Source: Geosiphon pyriformis uo1 (Eukaryota; Fungi; Glomeromycota). Taken from it: a stretch of 64,000 nucleotides of DNA. This document shows positions 1 to 13,082 of the stretch, one piece after another (within the stretch, counting starts at the first letter, position 1; the number at the start of each line of letters is the position of its first letter). Position numbers and translations under genes: made by a program. Under the pieces are notes generated by a model. The model ran no database searches, was not told the DNA's origin, and worked only from the letters and a program-made list of their open reading frames with translations. The stretch spans positions 62,001 to 126,000 of the forward strand of contig JAAOMT010000067.1 in NCBI GenBank assembly GCA_016748015.1, read 5' to 3'.

Positions 1-559
1 CTAATTTTTTTTATGAGCGAAGATAAAGTGGAAGATAGAAAATGTCTATCAAGATCTATCTCATGTTAGCGGTGCCAGGTTCACAGAAAACTACATGGGC
101 GTAAAGCACAAACTCCGAACCTTTAAAATTTTCCTAAGCGAGGAATTTTTTTTGTCATCTCCCTGCCATATTCCTGTTATCATCATTATTGTTTCGAATC
201 TTAATTACAGAACTCATGTGTCAATATTTGTAAATATGGAGGGTACTATAGGAAGGGGATACTATAGGCAGTTCTCGTAAAGATGACAGGTATTATGATT
301 CTTTTTTTTTTCTTGAAGCTGAAAATTCTAGCAATTTCTCTGGCTAGCAAAGGTTTTTAGGAGTTTAGAATTGATTAAAAACTTAATTAAATTTGGATTT
401 ATAATACTAATTAAATACTGTAACTATTACTTTAAAATCTTTACTAAAAGAAAAAAAGAATGAAAAATGGAAAAAATCAGATTTTTATGTAGTTCGAAAT
501 GTCAAAGAGCAAATTTTCTCACAAAATCAAACTCTTGAAGACATTTTTCAACTTGTTTC

Positions 560-960
560 TAAGAAAATTCATCAGCCAAAATTGGTTCGTCTGCTTAGGT
601 ATCTTTATAACTACGAATTGGGTGTAATATGTGATAATAGCAAGCCTTTAATTTCTAACAAAAAAGCACTGAAACTGGTTATTCATTAGGTCAATCTCGA
701 TATGGGTATTGTTATATTGCCTTGGTTGGAACCAGTCAAGATAAGCACCAAGCTTTTGTCTGATTCAAAAAAGCAGCCAAGACTTGTAATATTGTAGTCC
801 ATATTAATCTTGCCAGTTGCTATAAACAGTGACGAAGAATTAATGCGAATAGTCTAAAGGCATTCTATTGGTATCAGAAGGCAGCCGCAGTTGGGGATCT
901 CGGATTACAGTTTGAACTTACTAGCTTTTATTCCATTGGATATGATGTAAGAAAGATTCT
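560..960 (+). pseudogene. Degenerate Sel1-like repeat protein fragment
   Basis: Manual translation gives Sel1 motifs such as KAFYWYQKAAAVG (857-895), NLASCYK and KKAAK, broken by stops and frameshifts; limits approximate. Confidence 0.6.
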
Positions 961-1084
961 AAAGTGACATTTCTAAACCTCAAATGGGATTTGTTTACAT
1001 TAAAACTCGAAGTTCGTATTTCTATCAAACTATCATTATTAAATTATAAGTAATTCAATATTAAACTTCAATAAAGCCTTAAAA

Positions 1085-1330
1085 CTCTCTCTTTCCAATT
1101 GAATGCCATTGCTTGATTTAGCGACTCCCTATTCTACAATTTTCTCTATATTTTACTTTCATTCACATTTAAGTCATCCCGGGATAAAAGCAAAGAAAAA
1201 GCATTTTATTAAAGGAAGTAAAATTTCGAGAGTTAAAGACTAGAGCTACATTATTAAAAGCTATTTCATTGCAGAAATTTTGTGGCAATACATCATCAAG
1301 GCCTAATTTACATAAGTTGTGATTTACCTG
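1085..1330 (-). pseudogene. BACK-domain fragment, paralog of the BTB-BACK-TLDc gene at 2978-4965
   Basis: Nucleotide match to 4245-4440 (ttccaattgaatgccattgct..tttagcgactcc); translation NFCNEIAFNNVALVFNSRNFTSFNK vs KFCTEIAVNNPAAVFNSQDFISLNK. Confidence 0.75.
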
Positions 1331-1959
1331 CTTAAATAATTTATTTTTCAACCAGTTATTTTTGTAATTTATATATAGTAGATTTTGTAATTGAATTATT
1401 CGATTCATTAATAAAGTAAACGCTTCAAAAAGTAATAAAGTTAATAAAGTCAGAATATAATTTTACGCACTTTCTAAAAACTTAAATTTATATTAAATCT
1501 GCTACAGTATATTTCAAATTAATGTGGTATATTATTAATTATCCATTTATAGACTAACAAATTTTTTAATTCTAAACATAATTTTTTTTGAATCATAATT
1601 TAGATTTTTGCATTTATTTAACTTTCTTGAGAATTTCTTTACTTTAATGTAATATAAAAATTATTATTAAATTTTAAAATTAAAATGTAAAAATCACTTT
1701 TAAGTATATATATAATTTATTTTAAAATATATAGAAATGAATATAAATATGGAACAGTCAATATAATTTAGAAAAAATATATATCTTATGAAAAGATTGC
1801 TATTAAATTTATTAAGAGTCATTTAAATAATAACCATTAAATAATTATATTTAATTATATTCTCAATTTTATTAAATTCTTGCTGTCAAGGAGATACACA
1901 AGTTCTTTGAAATCTATAAACTAGAATTTATAGAGTAAATTAAGATTATATAATAAGTG

Positions 1960-1962
<3 letters not shown>

Positions 1963-2031
<69 letters not shown>
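1963..2031. repeat. (AAT)n microsatellite
   Basis: Direct reading. Confidence 0.95.
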
Positions 2032-2033
<2 letters not shown>

Positions 2034-3579
2034 TAATTACATTGGATAATAACAGTTTTACACTAAATGGCTCATTCGGTAATTGAAAACGGTTGTACTT
2101 ATCATATCTACAATCCCAAGTTTTATTATTAGTTATTTAACTTATTTAAAATATCATGCAAAATATCTTCTCGCTCTTTCATCACAAAATACTCCATTCT
2201 AATAGATATCCTAGCATCTGTTGTTTTACATTTTCACAACTATACTCCACATATTATTGATCATTTCTGAAAAAATAATTAAAATGATTTTTAAGCTATG
2301 CTTCTGATTGTTATACTATTGGAATCGCCATTCATTACAAACATTTTTTTTTCTTTGGATATAATTGGAAATTAGATTACCTGAATTTTATGCAAACACA
2401 GTAATAATAAAAATTATAAATATCTGGCTTTTGAAAAGATTGATTGTTTGGGTTTATTAAAATTAAGGTCTATTTATCAAAAATTGAAAAATAAATTGAA
2501 ATAAAAATTAATAAATATTTGATATTCATAAATATATGAAATGAATCACTGATTTTTATAAATATAGCGTATCTTACAAGTTCCATCATAGCTTATTCTT
2601 TATAAATAGTTTGCCTTTTCTAGGAAAAATTTATACTGGTTGGGTATATTTAACTTTTTATCCAAATTTATCAATTTCTATTGCTATTTATTCTCGACTT
2701 TTTATTTTGATAACGTATTGTTTATTGAGTTTGACTTATGCCTAAACTTCGAAAGATTGCTCTATATTAAAATTTAATGTGGGTTATTCTTATGTTTTTA
2801 TTTAAAAAGTAAGAAAGTGTTCTCTAAAAATAGATTCATTAGTAATCCTATTCAGAATGTACAGCGTTTAAAATAAGATTTTATTTGTGAATTTGGCTTT
2901 CTTGGAAGGGGGACAAGAGCGATAGACTATAAAAGATTTTATAAGTACAAATTTCAAAATTGTGAGTCCTATTTAGCCTAACCTTTAGAAAATATTTTAT
3001 GCAGTGATTTAATTTTTGATGATTTGAAAAACTTCATACTCATCAAAAAAAATTCTACCATTGTATTTTCTGACTTAGGCATTATAACGTGCTCATAATT
3101 TGTTTCATTTATACAACTGCATGGAATAATTTGAAAATTATTACTATAGGTTCGAATACTATTATAGCCAAATTGGGGCCCGAACTCTTTATGACCCAAG
3201 AGTCCATTTCCCCTAATAAACTTGCTAATTTTAGCATTTTGAGCTTTGCCATCTCCAAGGGAAAAAATGAAACTTCCCTCTCCACCTATCCAATTGCCAC
3301 GAGAATCCCAAGATTTTGGGGCATAGCCGCCAATCAATTGACCAGTTCCTTTGACTTTGATTACAGTAATTGTTATATTGTGTGGTTGAAGAAGCCTTGA
3401 TTCAATTTTTGATCGTGGAAACCGTAATGGCTGAGCATCCACAGACTCTTGATGACTACCCGGTACTAGATAATGGTGTAAAAGGTCTTCATATAAGCTT
3501 CCAGGTAAAATCCTCGCAAATGGCTTTACTTTATGATAAAAGTCAACTGAAGAGATGTTAAAGAACCGGATTAAAGGTA

Positions 3580-4185
3580 CAGAGGGTGTCCAAAAGTTTC
3601 CGAACAAGATTTTATTTAACAATAATATTTATTTTTTTATAAAATAAAACAAAATAAACAACAAATTTATAATTTTATAGTAATTTTCTAAATTTTTCCA
3701 TTAAGTGTTACTAAACGTTTAAGTCGGCGATATTTTTGGTGAGTAAATAAACGTGGACGTCCTGAACGAGGTCTTGAATCAATTGAAACAGTTTCTTTAA
3801 ATCGTTTTATTGTATCCGAAACTGTTGTCAAGCTGCAATTGACTATGTTGGCAATATCACGATATTTCTTGCCATGCTGTTGTAATAAGCATATAGTATT
3901 ACGTTGAGCAATCGTTAATTCTTTTTTTGCTCCCATTTCGTTTTAATAAAAACGACGAAAAAATTTTATATGCGCGTTACATTTCATTTTTATAAAAAAA
4001 CGAGTATGAATAAAATCGATTATGCGCGTCGCGAAAAAACATTATACACGCGTGTTTAAAAAATAAAAAACGCGTAATTAAATAATTAACTAACTTAATT
4101 TAGTAATAAACTCGTGCTTTTCTAATTATTCAAGCATGTGGAATGTTACTCCAAAGTTTGTTCGGAAACTTTTGGACACCCTCTG
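3580..4185 (-). mobile_element. Internally deleted Tc1/mariner element, 606 bp
   Basis: 28-bp TIR CAGAGGGTGTCCAAAAGTTTCCGAACAA at 3580 with its reverse complement ending at 4185; TA duplication at 3578-3579 and 4186-4187; removal restores host frame GELL-PLIRFF. Confidence 0.95.
3688..3936 (-). CDS. Truncated Tc1 transposase, N-terminal paired-like HTH only
   Basis: MGAKKELTIAQRNTI..YRDIANIVNCSLTTVSDTIKRF..RSGRPR; no DDE domain inside the element. Confidence 0.85.
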   Translation of the reverse strand: MGAKKELTIAQRNTICLLQQHGKKYRDIANIVNCSLTTVSDTIKRFKETVSIDSRPRSGRPRLFTHQKYRRLKRLVTLNGKI

Positions 4186-7100
4186 TAGAAGTTCTCCAAT
4201 AGATTTCTTAAAAGCTTCAAAGTTTTCATCTGTCCAATTAAGAACTTTTTCCAATTGAATGCCATTGCTTAATTTAGCGACTCCCCATTCTATAATCTTT
4301 TCCCATATTTTACTTTCTTCCATATTTAGGTCATCCTGGGATAAAATTGAGCAAAGAGCATTTTTATTAAGGGAGATAAAATCTTGAGAGTTAAAGACTG
4401 CGGCCGGATTGTTGACAGCTATTTCGGTGCAGAACTTTTGTAGCTTTTGAACGAATGATGGATGAAGGATTTTTCATGAAAGGTGGCAAAATTTTCTTCC
4501 AACTCTTTTGCATAGTGTTCAATTAAATAATCTTCAAGGTGATCAATAAGTTTTTCTAGAATAAGCTCGTCAGCGGCAATAAGCAATTCTAAGATTGTAA
4601 GTGGTCCGTGTTCATTAAGAGATATTTCACCACTATAAATGTATCTAGATAAATAAAAAAAAAGTAAATATTCATGAATAGAAATATTAAGCAAACAAAA
4701 TTACTCACCGAAGAATTACGTCAAAAATATCTGGCGATATATTAGGTTTAGAAAAGATGATAGTGTTATTTTCTCTTTTAACCCAATCACCAGAGAGTGC
4801 TATAGCAAAATACGAGGATCTTGCTGCTAAAATTTGAGAATGAACATGAAAAGTTCTAGTATTAGGCGCTTCGCCAACAATAATCCTAACATCAGAAAAA
4901 TTCTGACTATTCAATAAGCTCTCGAAATCGTGGGATAAAGCGTGAAAGAGTCGTTGGGGTGCCATTGATAAGATATGAAAAGTTTAAAATAAGATATCTT
5001 AAAATAATTGGAATTTTAATTTATTATTAATATTTGTATTCGTTTAGTCAGGAAAAGATGCATAAAATGATAAACCTGCTGCAAATGCCTTTATCATTTA
5101 TTATTTATTAATGTAGCAGAAAAATTTTATACAGTATATCACGAGTCCAGTTTCAAGATATTCTCATTATGGATTAGATTGCGGCTTTGAAAAACCCGCG
5201 AAAAGTAACTTGGAATTCTTTTACTCCATCCACTATTTAATAAAGCTTCAGGATCTCAGAGGCAACTGCTTCATTTTTTTAGATATGATGACCAAAACTC
5301 GTTTATATTTATTACTTTAAACCTCAATTTTTTATTCTTATAATAATTATCAATAAAAAGTTTCTAATTGTTTATTAAATAATAATAAGATAATTTTAAG
5401 TAGCTTTATTGCTAGTGATATATAAAACTGCATGGTCTGCATTAATTGTTTATTTGGCATCGAAAAAAAAATGTTATTTGTAAAACAATATTTATTTTAT
5501 TATTGGCTATTTTTTAAATACATATTCTTTTTAAGTACATAAATACATTTAATTCCAATGGGCATTCATAAAGATATTACTATATTTTATAAGTACCAAA
5601 ATTCTACTTATTTCGCTTCCGATTTAAAGTAATTTTCTTGGTTTTAATAAAAATTTAGGTTGAGTTTGTGTGTCTTATAAGTGTAATTTGTGTAAAAATA
5701 TAAGTTATATCAAAAGATATGTTGTGATAAAGTAGTTTTAATGACTATTAATAAACCATATAAAAAAATATTGCATATTAATCTTTATTTAAATATTTAT
5801 TTAAAATTTATGTAATAATACTAATTTTTAATTGTTAATGACAAAAACAAACTAAACTTTTTTTCTCTTAATTACACCCAAACCAAAAAAATATAAAGAA
5901 GCAACTCCTTTTTTCTATTGTTATTAATAGTTTTAATTCTTAAAAAGTCTTTTTAAAAGTAAAAATAGTTAGATAGTATTTTTCTGAAGTGTTTACTCTA
6001 AGTAATAATAACACAAACAGTCTTTGACTGCTGAAAAAACACTATTTTTAGCTCTGAATAGAAGTTGTTTTTTTAGTAATTTTTTTTAAGTAATGTGATT
6101 ACCACTACTGTGAAAAGTGCCAAAATTTTTAACACGAAACTGGTTTGAAGCTATTTTTTTGAAAAATTTCTTTTATTATTGCTTAAACAGTTAAGAAAAT
6201 CACAAAAGTAAAAAAGCAATTTTTTTCCAAAAACATTGCCGTTAATTTTTTTGAGATTCTTAAAAAAGGTGTTTTTGCTAATATTTTTCAGATTACTATT
6301 TTTGATTTAAAACTTATTTTTTCTCTTGTGAAAAATAAAAAATTAGCTTTTTTTAGTTTTTGGTATTTTTATTAACTTTGTTGCAATTATCCTAATTATA
6401 GTGTCCAATTTTAATTTGACTATAAACAATAATATTATTTCTAATCTGAATAATAACAATAACCACGTATTTGTCTAATCAACATATGATTAAGTTGCTT
6501 AATATATTAATCTTAGTCAATTTTTACTGGTTTTAAAAACAAAATAAGTTATATTTTAACATATAATTAATTTATTGGATTATTTAATCTTAAAAATTAA
6601 GCAAATAACATAAAAACTGAAATGGTTTCTTTTTTCTGTTTTTTGAAAATATTCTTGGTATTATTGGTACTTAAAAAACATTAATCAATTATTAAAAGTT
6701 TTTTGAACAAATAATATCTATTTTTATATTCAGTAAAACTGCTTTTCAGTTTTTAATTTAAAATTATTTACTCAGAACAATATTAAGCTCTTTTATATAA
6801 AGTTTTTTACCAAAATTGAAAATATTTTAAGTATTTTGGTAAATTTTTTGGAGTTAAGCTTAATTTAATTGGTTATAACAATATATTATTGTGTATTTTA
6901 AGATTTTAAAGCTATTTTTGCTAGTTGGTATTACTGAAATAATTTTTATACTGTTTCTATAAAATATTTTATCTGTATTTATTGTATTGTTTTCTATTTT
7001 TCTTGTTTATTATTTTTTTTTTGGAAAAATAAATTTAATTTTGTTACTTATATATTGTTGCCCCAATTTTGGCTCAATTATATTAATGCAATATTTTTTC

Positions 7101-8308
7101 AAAATGTTGCAAAAATGTTATAGATTAATATTCAAATTTAAGTTTTTCAAGCAATCGCTATTTAGCTTTAGCTTTAAAATGTTTGCAAATATAATAAATT
7201 AAGTCTTGAAAAATTATAATCAGAGCAAGTTTGTTTACTTGTAAATTTCAATTAAAAAAATAAAATGAAAATGAAAATCCGAAATAAAATAAAATAATAT
7301 GAATTTCAAATTATTTTTATGAATTCTTATTTTTCTAATTATTATAAATTGAAGTTTAAAATAAAGTTTTGATATTTAAAATTCTAAAATTAATCTCTGA
7401 TAATTGTTTATTAGTTTTGGGTTTTTGGGTTTAAATTTTTAAGCAAAAAAGAAAATAGTTGTTTAACATTAACTATTTCTTTCGATAATTAGAAAATTAA
7501 AAGATTACATTTTTAAAATATTATTTCAGAATTTGAAATAATAAAAGAAATTATTTAATTAGTTAATTAATTTAAGATGGAGAAAAAATAAATATATAAT
7601 TGAAATATAAAAGATTAGAATTAAGATAAAAGTAAAATAGATTTCTTAAAAAAAAAGCTTTTTCTTTATACAAATTTCATTTAATACTAAGGAAATTCTA
7701 AAATAATTAATTTTATAAGAATTTTATTTTGTATTAGAATTTAACAGTTTTGTATATAAACTGCATATAATCTACATACTTTCTGTAAATCAATGCTAAT
7801 TTCATTTAGTCCTATTAACTAATAGTAATTACTTATTTAAAAATGAATAATTAAATAACTAAATTAAAAGATTGGATAATAGAATAACTGGATAATAAAT
7901 ATTTGGATGAATAAATAAATAAAGCAAATAAAAAAATAGTAAATATTAAATTATAAGAAACTGAAATATTTTTCTAATGCTTTTGGACTCTTATTTTTTT
8001 ACTGGTAATACTGATCAATTAAATAATAGAAATTTATATCAATACTTTTAAATCCAAAAAACTTTTAATAAAGCAATTACTAAAAATTTATAATCTATGT
8101 ACACATTGTATGCAATAAGAAATCCTGGATGTTAGTGTTATTATAGGTATTAAAGTTTAAATAATCTAGTTTTTAATTATAAAGCTGTTTTTCCTGGTTT
8201 TTTAAAGCAATATTTTAAGTTTTTTGTTGTTATATTATTTAGTTTACCAGCTTAATATTTTATGTCAAAGCTGCTGTTTTTTAATAGTGTTATTAATAAA
8301 ATATATGA

Positions 8309-8674
8309 GCAACAGTTACTGTAATTAAAGTCAAAGGGACTGGTCAACTGATTGGCGGCTATACCCCACAATCTTGGCATTCTCGGGATGAATCATCAGA
8401 TGGAGAAGGAAGTTTTATTTTTTCTCTTGGAGATGACAAAGCTGGAAATGCTAAACTTAGCAAATTTGTTGGCAGATTTGGACTTTATGGTGGGCCAGAT
8501 GATGGACCTTCGTTTGGAGAGAGGGCTATGGGATTAACTAAGGATTTTAGAGATACCTATAACTATTGTGACAAGGATAGAGAATATGAGCATGCTATAA
8601 TGCCCGGGTCAGAAAATCGAATGGTGCATTTCTCTGTCGATGAGTATGAAGTTTTTCAAATCATTAAAAGATAA
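8309..8674 (+). pseudogene. Isolated TLDc C-terminal exon or fragment (paralog of the TLDc at 3010-3370)
   Basis: Open frame missed by the ORF track: ATVTVIKVKGTGQLIGGYTPQSW..GEGSFIFSLG..YEHAIMPGSENRMVHFSVDEYEVFQIIKR*; no start codon, preceded by in-frame TGA and AT-rich DNA. Confidence 0.85.
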
Positions 8675-10280
8675 ATCCGCTTTTTTTATCTTTTCTGAAA
8701 GCTATGTCCTCTACCCTAGAAATTGTTACTATCAGGATATTCTATAGGTTACTATTTTAAGCTCCACAACAAAGTCAAAAGAATGCCATTTTATCTACTT
8801 TAAAATATCAAAAATAGAAGTTCTATTGATCAAAAGTGATCTTTAGAGTTTAAGTGTTTATCACAGGCTAAACCACAAACATAAAACGCTTTTTGCTGAA
8901 TAGCATTAGGAATACAACTTTTAAATGCATATTTTTGTCTTCTCGCTAATTAAATTTCAAATTTCAAATGGTTTTTATCTTTTATTGGGCAATGAAATAA
9001 AAAATATATTTCAATTAATATTCAATCAATAAGGAAACCTTGAGAGCTTGAAGATGTTCAATTAAAATATAACCTCAACTTTAAAACATAACTCTTTAAG
9101 TAAATAATTTTTTTCTATATAATATTTTTTAAAATGCAGTTATTTTTTATTAAAGTCGAAATATCTAATTTTGCATCCTCTTTTTTTAATTAGAAATTGA
9201 GAAACTTGGCTTTTTGTTTTAAATTACTAATATTCAAAAAAATGCAATTAAAAATACTTTATAAGATTATATTTTTTCTTTGTTCTCTCAAAATATTCAG
9301 TTTTCATTTGAAAAAAAAATTTTAATATAAATTTAACTAATAAACCTGGGGAGTTATTCAAAATATTTTCAGTCAAAACAATCAACCTTATCATTTATTA
9401 TGAAAAGAATTCTTTACTTTGATGATTAAAGCAAATATTTTTTAAGCTCCTTTCTATATATATATTCTGAAGTATAGAAAAAGAAAAAAAAGTGTGAACT
9501 GTACCAAAAAGCTGAATATTGCATTATAATAATAATAATAATAATAATAACGTTAAACTCGGCTAAGATGATTTAATATTTTTTACGCAAATATAGAATT
9601 CAATAAAAGTTAAAAAATAAACATACTCAATATCTTTCTCAGTCGATTGATTTTTCTGCTATTTATTTTTCTAATTTATTATTATTCATTTTTCGAGTCA
9701 ATTATTTTCAATTATATTATTAAATTATTTTTTAAATCATTACTTTATTTTTTTATTTTGAATATGGATTACAATATTTTAACTTATATTATAATTAATG
9801 TAAATTTCAAGTTTAATTAATATCAAAAATTCGTTTTAATAAAAATAAAAATACAATTACAACAAATAAATATAATTGGCAACAAATTTTACTTATATAA
9901 TTTAATATTAACCCTATTAATTTTAATTTAACGAAATATCACCTCGAAGAAAACATATAAATGGATTTACATAACACTATAAAATTATAATATGATAAAT
10001 CATTAATATTTAAAAATTTGTTAATTCATTATTTAATAATTTAAGTTAAAGATATGTTTACATGGCTTTTTGAAACTTATATTCATTTTTTAATAATAAA
10101 ACATATATTAACTTTTAAAATTCAATGATTTATTATAATATTTCACAACAAAATTTAAATTATATTACAATGTTTGGAAAATTCTTACTTTATTTTGAAT
10201 ATATTAATATGGGTAAAAAATTAAATATTGAATATTTCAAATCAATAATATTGGCTCAAAACCAAATCAATATATTTTTG

Positions 10281-10314
<34 letters not shown>

Positions 10315-10849
10315 TGGATTAATCAGAACAAAAATTAAAATTGAAAGAGTGTTTTATAAAACCTCATTTGTAATAAAAATGGTTTATATTTTATATTAAT
10401 TCTATTTTGTAAAAAAGGTTTATGATTAATATTAAAGAATTTAAAATGTAAAAATAGTGTAATTGTTAATTAAAAATTATTCTTATTAAACAATCATAAA
10501 TATGCAACAAAGATTACTTATATTGTTAATATGAATTTCAAAATTATTATTTTTGATTTGATTATTCAACCTTTTTAACAAGTTTTATATTTTATAAAAT
10601 TCATTTTAAAATTATAAAAATTGTTAATTTGATAACGATTTGATTGGAAAAAAATACAGATCAATAAAAAATGGTGGCTTTTTTAATATCATAAAAAATT
10701 TTAAAACCCGATTTACTTATTATTTATTTTGTATACTTTAGTAATAATTATAAGGTTAAAAGAAAGTTGAAACGCATAAAGTGTATATTTATAATTTAAA
10801 ATGATCCAAAAAAATTATCAATAAAGAAAACATCTAATTTATAAAGTTA

Positions 10850-11327
10850 TAGTAATACTAATTAGCATTTTTTTTTCACTAATTGCATTTTAAATTTTGT
10901 AAATATTAAGGTCAAAATATCTCAAGCTCATTACAAAAGGCGATATTTAATAACAGCGCATTCATTGATAGATAAAAATTTAATATTTCAACAAGATAAT
11001 GCGTCAATTCATACTGCAAATGAAGTTGTAGAATGGTTTGCAAAGAAAAAAAATTAAAACAATGGATTCGTCAGCCACTTCATTTGACTTTAATTCCATA
11101 GAAAACATCTGAAAACCAAAGAAAGATAATATCCAAAAGCGTGAAAATTTCCAGAAGACTGTAGGACAACCTAGGTCTAATTTTAATACTTTAAATTGTA
11201 AACTCAATGCCGCGAAGAGATATAAGAGTTTTGGATGTAAATGGAGAGCCAACAGATATTAACATATTCTAAAAAAAATTTATACACACAATAGAAAATT
11301 CGGGCGTTACTTGCCGAGACGACTGTA
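10850..11327 (+). mobile_element. Decayed Tc1 transposase DDE remnant with probable right TIR
   Basis: IFQQDNASIHTANEVVEWF then frameshifted DFNSIENI* (SPDLNPIENxW-like); ends ..GCCGAGACGACTG-TA at about 11327; left end not found. Confidence 0.7.
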
Positions 11328-13082
11328 CATGAAATTTTTTATCAATTTAATTTTGAATTAACCTTTTTTTCTGTAATTTACTGAAAAAGATTTTATACAA
11401 AAAAATTAAATATTTTGATTTAACTTTAAAAATACAATCGTATTTGTAATGTTAAGAATTTGATTTAAGATTTTAGTTTAAAGTTAACAATATTAATATA
11501 AATTTTTTTATAAATTTTGTAAAATTGTAGGAAACAATATAATAGTTTCTTTTAGTTAATAAATTTTAAATTTCCATTTTATTTAAAAAATTCTAAATGT
11601 AATAAAAATTACAAGTTTAAAAAATTAATTTTTATTTTATTTTTGAGGCATGTTATTTGACTTAAAAATTTAGAATAGAAGATTTTGGTTTGCATAAATA
11701 TAATAAATTTAAAAATTATATGTTATCATGTTGAATTATTATGGTTTATTTAAAATAACAAAGGGAATAATAATTAAATTTTTATATTATTATTCATTTT
11801 CAATTAGTTAAATTAATTAAATAATCATTATTTATTAATAACTGGCCATAAAAATAATTTTTTCTTGTTAATAATACATTTTAATTGATGGTATAAATAA
11901 ATTTATTTGCTAATTGTAGACTTGTGGTTTTTTAATTATCTTTATTATAATTACTAAAGTTCCATATTTTTAATCATTTTTTTTTGTAATTAACAATTTT
12001 TTTGCTTTTAAAGTTTTCAGAAATTAACTATGCCTAATTTTCTTCTTTCCTTAAATTATTTTTTTGTCAAAAATATTGATATTCAATCATTGATATCATT
12101 ATTTTTCAAATAGCCAAGAAAAACAAAATAGCAAAAAACAGTCATTACTATTATCAACTTTTTCAATAACAATTTTTTTGAAATTCCAGAAAATCTTTTT
12201 ATGGCATCACTTAAAGCATTAGTTTTGTGTCTTTTAAAAATCTTGAAACTATCAATACAGTTTTTGAGCCAGTTTTTTTTTCAATATTTGTTTGTGCACT
12301 AGTTCTGTTTTATTAAATTCAACAATAAAAATTAATTCAGACTTTAAAGCAAACAATAGCATTTTTTCTAATTTAAACAACAGCAACAACAATATATTTA
12401 TTAAGATAAATACAAATTAATATATGATTGTGTTGTTTATTATAATTTTTTTTAGCTGATTATTTTCCATTGAAAAGACAAATCAAGTTGTGTTCAACAC
12501 AAATTTTTATTCAATCAATAAATAGTTTGGGTTATAAATTAGAATAATATGTTAATATATAATAATAAAAAGTTATCATGTAATAATAAAAAGCTAATAA
12601 AAAAATTGTAACAAAAACAAATTCGATATATAAGAATTTTAATTAGTTTTAAAATTACAGTTGCAAATTTTTTTCATAAATTTAAAAATTGAGAAATAGT
12701 TTGTAATTTTTAATAGTTTGTATTATATACTTAAGCCACCAGTTAATTTTTCAATAATTAATTTTGTAGAAGTAAATAAAAAAATAAAATTTTTTTTTTT
12801 TTTTGAAAAATAAATCTAAATTTTAGTTTTGACAATATTTACATAAATAAATACAAATAATTATTTTGCTATAAAAATGAACTCTCATTAGATTACTGTT
12901 TTTAATAAAAATAATTTTTTATTTGAAAAGCTTAAATAATAATTTAATTTTCAATTGTATTTTTATATATATATATATATATTTTTAAATTAATTAAAAA
13001 AATGCTTTATTATATTGTATTAGTTGAAATAAATTTGTAATTTAATTGAGTAATAATTTTTAGTTTAAATTTGAAATCAAAG

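Larger units (their letters stand above)
2978..4965 (-). pseudogene. BTB/POZ-BACK-TLDc domain protein, disrupted
   Basis: BTB (SDVRIIVG..FHVHSQILAARSSYF), intron 4645-4708 (GTGAGT..TAG), BACK (MEESKIWEKIIEWG), TLDc (TVIKVKGTGQLIGGY..SFIFSL). Lesions: 1-nt frameshift near 4445, Tc1 insertion 3580-4185, probable in-frame deletion before TITVIK, frameshift in the terminal DEYEVF motif near 3045. Confidence 0.9.

Noticed and set aside
5500-8300. AT-rich decayed TE-like region (also 11400-12900, 22850-23460, 60800-64000)
   Set aside because: Probably ghost transposons, but no termini or diagnostic motifs could be supported by eye.
8352-8537. 61-aa ORF
   Set aside because: Wrong frame; the real coding frame is the TLDc fragment at 8309-8674.
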